Of a DNA stretch of 64,000 bases, positions 61,203 through 64,000 are shown piece by piece. Numbering within the stretch: position 1 is the first letter of the stretch; the number at the start of each line of letters is the position of its first letter. A program made the position numbers and the translations under genes. Origin of the DNA: Balanoglossus misakiensis (taxonomy: Eukaryota; Animalia; Hemichordata); NCBI GenBank assembly GCA_040954595.2, contig CM082578.2:1780831-1844830 (forward strand). Reading direction: 5' to 3'. The notes beneath the pieces were generated by a model. That model was not told the origin of the DNA. It made no database searches and was given only the letters and a program-made list of their open reading frames with translations.

Positions 61203-64000
61203 AGAACATTACGTCATAGCAGATAGACGATCTTTATATTGATGCGCATGCGCGACCATGTTGCATTGCGAGACACTCTCTCACATTTCCAAAGTACTTG
61301 CTCTGTACGTGTTTGGTTATTGTTGTCACATAAAGTGATCAAACAAATAGAATCGTGTTCTTATTTATAACCAAACAAGTACAGAGCAACCGAGCGGAGC
61401 TGCGGACACTTAACAAGGCGACGCTGGATGCGAAGTTAGTGAACCACAACAGCACCCACGACGACGGGCAGGTCGCTGTGCACATCACCACTGCAAGCCA
61501 CTGTTACACGTCGACATCCGCCGTATACGCGAAGCAGTACTCAGCTCGGAACAGTACACGCACGTGTGAGTAGCCAAAATCGGAACATTATAAACACCCC
61601 CGATGGCGCCCGTAAATGCGAGATGCCCGATCGAGAATTGTGACTATGCAGCCACACATACAGAGGCAGCGATAGTGGCGGCCATGTTGAATATACACGC
61701 CACTGTACATACAGCAGCCCCCAATGCGCCAGGAGGGAACGCTAAGGTCGAGAAATTGAGGCGCCCAACCATAGCACTAGCTGGAACGAGCGAGACCTGG
61801 TCGTACTTTATAACCCGTTGGGAAGAATACAAAACGGGTACAAAACTCACCGGGCCTGACGTGGTTTCACAACTGCTGGAATGCTGTGAGGAAGACCTCA
61901 GAAAAGATCTCACTCGATCAGCAGGTAGGAGCTTAGCGAACAATAATGAGAAAGACGTCCTGGCGGCCATGAGGGCGCTCGCCGTCCGAGCAGAAAACAC
62001 CATGGTGGCTCGGGTAGCACTGTCCAATATGCGGCAGGGTCATGAAGAGCCAGTTCGGTCATTCCATGCCCGCATCAAAGGACAGGCAGATACATGTAAA
62101 TACACAATGAAGTGCACCAAGGCCGGTTGTGAGCAAATTAACGACTTCACAGAGGAAATACTGCGCGATGTGGTTGCCCGGGGCATAGCAGACCAGGAAA
62201 TTCAACTTGACCTGCTTGGTGAGAAAAATCAAAACATGCTACTGAAGGACATGATAGAATACATCGAGGCCAAGGAATCTGGCAGACGCTCCGCATCAAG
62301 CCTGCTCGACCCCCGAAGCAGCGACGCAATTAGTAGCTCGTACCGGCGGGTAAAACAACGGGACGTCCGCACTGAGAAGAGAGCCGGGCCGGAAAAACCC
62401 AAAATTAAACCCGAGGGGACATGCGTTTATTGCAATGAGGGAGGCCACGGCAAAACACCTCAATGGCACATCAGACGTACTGAATGCCCCGCATATGGAA
62501 AAAAGTGCCAGAAATGCGGCCGTCAAAATCACCTGGACAGGGCGTGTCGGAGCAGCCGACCGGCCAGGCCCCCACCCAATGAAACTGATGAGGTGTATAA
62601 CGAACAGACAGCAGTATTTACCGAACTGTGCACAGCCACCACAACCCACACAAATGACGAGCTATGCACGCTCCCCCTCGATCATCACCTGTACGACGAC
62701 ATGTGTAACAAGTGGATGAAACGCGTGTCCAGCCCGCAGCCATACGTCAACGTCACCCTCACCAGTGAACGGGAAGATTACAAAGCACTGGGCTTCGACC
62801 TCCCGAAGCGCACTCGCACAGTGTCCCTCCCCGCCATGGCTGACACAGGGTGTCAAAGCTGCTTGATTGGCATCAAAGTTGCCCAAAAAATGGGCCTGAG
62901 TACTGCGGACTTAATACCAGTATCCATGACCATGAAAGCTGCAAACAACGAGGGGATCCGCATCCTTGGAGCCGCGGTGATCAGATTCGCCGGCGACACT
63001 GATAACGCTCGAAAGTTAGTAACGCGCCAAATCGCGTATGTGACAGACTCCACAGACCGCATATTCCTCTCCCGTGCAGCATGCGTCGACCTGGGGATGA
63101 TCTCGGACAAATTCCCAACCCTGGGCGAAGTAAACCTGACAAGTTCGGAATCATGCGACTGCCCGCGACGCGCAGAGCCGCCGACTAAACCAACCACACT
63201 CCCCATGCCAGCGACCGAGGCTAACAGAGAGGCACTTCAGAAACATTTGTTGGAATTGTATGCTCAAAGCACATTCAACACGTGCCCACATCAAACATTG
63301 CCAAAAATGACTGGCCCACCACTTCGCCTTATGCTTGATGAGGACGCGACACCTGTTGCCCACCACACTCCCATCCCAGTGGCTGTACACTGGCAAGACG
63401 AAGTAAAAGCTGGCCTTGATCAGGATGTTCGCCTCGGCGTATTGGAGGAAGTACCCATAGGCACACCAGTCACATGGTGTCACCGCATGGTGATCTGTGC
63501 GAAAAAGAATGGCAAACCGAGACGCACCGTCGACTTCCAAGCGTTAAACAAGCATGCATTTCGCGAAACCCATCACACTCAATCCCCGTTCCACCAAGCA
63601 AGACGTGTTCCTAACGGGAAGCGCAAAACAATCTTCGATGCATGGAACGGTTACCACAGTGTCCCACTACACGAAGATGACCGTCACAAAACAACCTTCA
63701 TAACCCCATGGGGACGCTACCGCTATTTATCGGCCCCCCAAGGGTACATGGCTTCGGGAGACGGCTACTCACGGCGATATGATGAGTTAGTGGCGGACAT
63801 CGGCAACAAGATTAAGTGCGTGGACGACACACTCCTATGGTCAGACACAATCGAAGAAAGCTACTTCCAAGCAGTCGAATGGCTGGACATATGCGGTCGG
63901 AACGGAATTGTCCTCAACCCTCAGAAATTCGTTTTCAGTGCACCCACAGTGGACTTTGCAGGCTTCACGATCACCATGACTGACGTGCGACCATGCAGCC
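61203..64000 (+). mobile_element. Ty3/Gypsy LTR retrotransposon, 5' part
   Basis: Composition shifts to higher GC. A probable 5' LTR ends ...ttaaCA at 61415, followed by PBS-like aggcgacgctgg. The LTR start is uncertain (about 61193-61260). A gag-pol ORF follows. Confidence 0.85.
61603..64000 (+). CDS. Gag-Pol polyprotein (Gag, two zinc knuckles, aspartic protease, RT), running off the window end
   Basis: Single frame from ATG 61603. Motifs: AKVEKLRRPTI...WSYFITRWEEYK; CVYCNEGGH...CPAYGKKCQKCGRQNHLDRAC; protease MADTGCQSC; RT FDAWNGYHS...TFITPWGRYRY..APQG...CVDDTLLW. Confidence 0.92.
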   Translation, partial: MAPVNARCPIENCDYAATHTEAAIVAAMLNIHATVHTAAPNAPGGNAKVEKLRRPTIALAGTSETWSYFITRWEEYKTGTKLTGPDVVSQLLECCEEDLRKDLTRSAGRSLANNNEKDVLAAMRALAVRAENTMVARVALSNMRQGHEEPVRSFHARIKGQADTCKYTMKCTKAGCEQINDFTEEILRDVVARGIADQEIQLDLLGEKNQNMLLKDMIEYIEAKESGRRSASSLLDPRSSDAISSSYRRVKQRDVRTEKRAGPEKPKIKPEGTCVYCNEGGHGKTPQWHIRRTECPAYGKKCQKCGRQNHLDRACRSSRPARPPPNETDEVYNEQTAVFTELCTATTTHTNDELCTLPLDHHLYDDMCNKWMKRVSSPQPYVNVTLTSEREDYKALGFDLPKRTRTVSLPAMADTGCQSCLIGIKVAQKMGLSTADLIPVSMTMKAANNEGIRILGAAVIRFAGDTDNARKLVTRQIAYVTDSTDRIFLSRAACVDLGMISDKFPTLGEVNLTSSESCDCPRRAEPPTKPTTLPMPATEANREALQKHLLELYAQSTFNTCPHQTLPKMTGPPLRLMLDEDATPVAHHTPIPVAVHWQDEVKAGLDQDVRLGVLEEVPIGTPVTWCHRMVICAKKNGKPRRTVDFQALNKHAFRETHHTQSPFHQARRVPNGKRKTIFDAWNGYHSVPLHEDDRHKTTFITPWGRYRYLSAPQGYMASGDGYSRRYDELVADIGNKIKCVDDTLLWSDTIEESYFQAVEWLDICGRNGIVLNPQKFVFSAPTVDFAGFTITMTDVRPCS

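Noticed and set aside
61644-63540. Minus-strand and alternative-frame ORFs listed in the track
   Set aside because: They are shadows of the plus-strand gag-pol frame, which the track omits because it has no stop inside the window.

Overview
AT-rich, intron-rich animal genomic DNA, most likely from a marine invertebrate (inference). There is no prokaryotic gene structure. The window is dominated by + strand exons of a very large Uninflatable (Uif)-like type I membrane protein, with domains CLECT, LDLa, 3 CUB, CCP/sushi, EGF, HYR, SEA-like, Ephrin_rec_like, LamG/pentraxin, TM and an NPxY tail. The locus is scrambled: middle exons (260-10479) lie upstream of the N-terminal exons (24933 onward). 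Two blocks are duplicated (9048-12297 = 50779-54162; 17568-22640 = 26480-31555), and an intron-containing 3' half of GDAP2 is fused into a Uif intron. Several frameshifts, a stop and broken splice sites suggest decaying segmental duplicates or misassembly. The standout signal is a complete two-domain microbial-type expansin (EXLX1/YoaJ-like DPBB + CBM63), encoded by three spliceosomal exons (42923-44449). It is flanked by mucin stalks and sits in an insert of about 830 aa that splits a CCP domain and ends in a furin site. Introns hold many MITEs, a foldback element carrying four divergent CTCF-consensus sites, and a pogo-type transposase remnant. An apparently intact Ty3/Gypsy gag-pol starts just after the stop codon. 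All homology calls are by eye against remembered family motifs; no searches were run.
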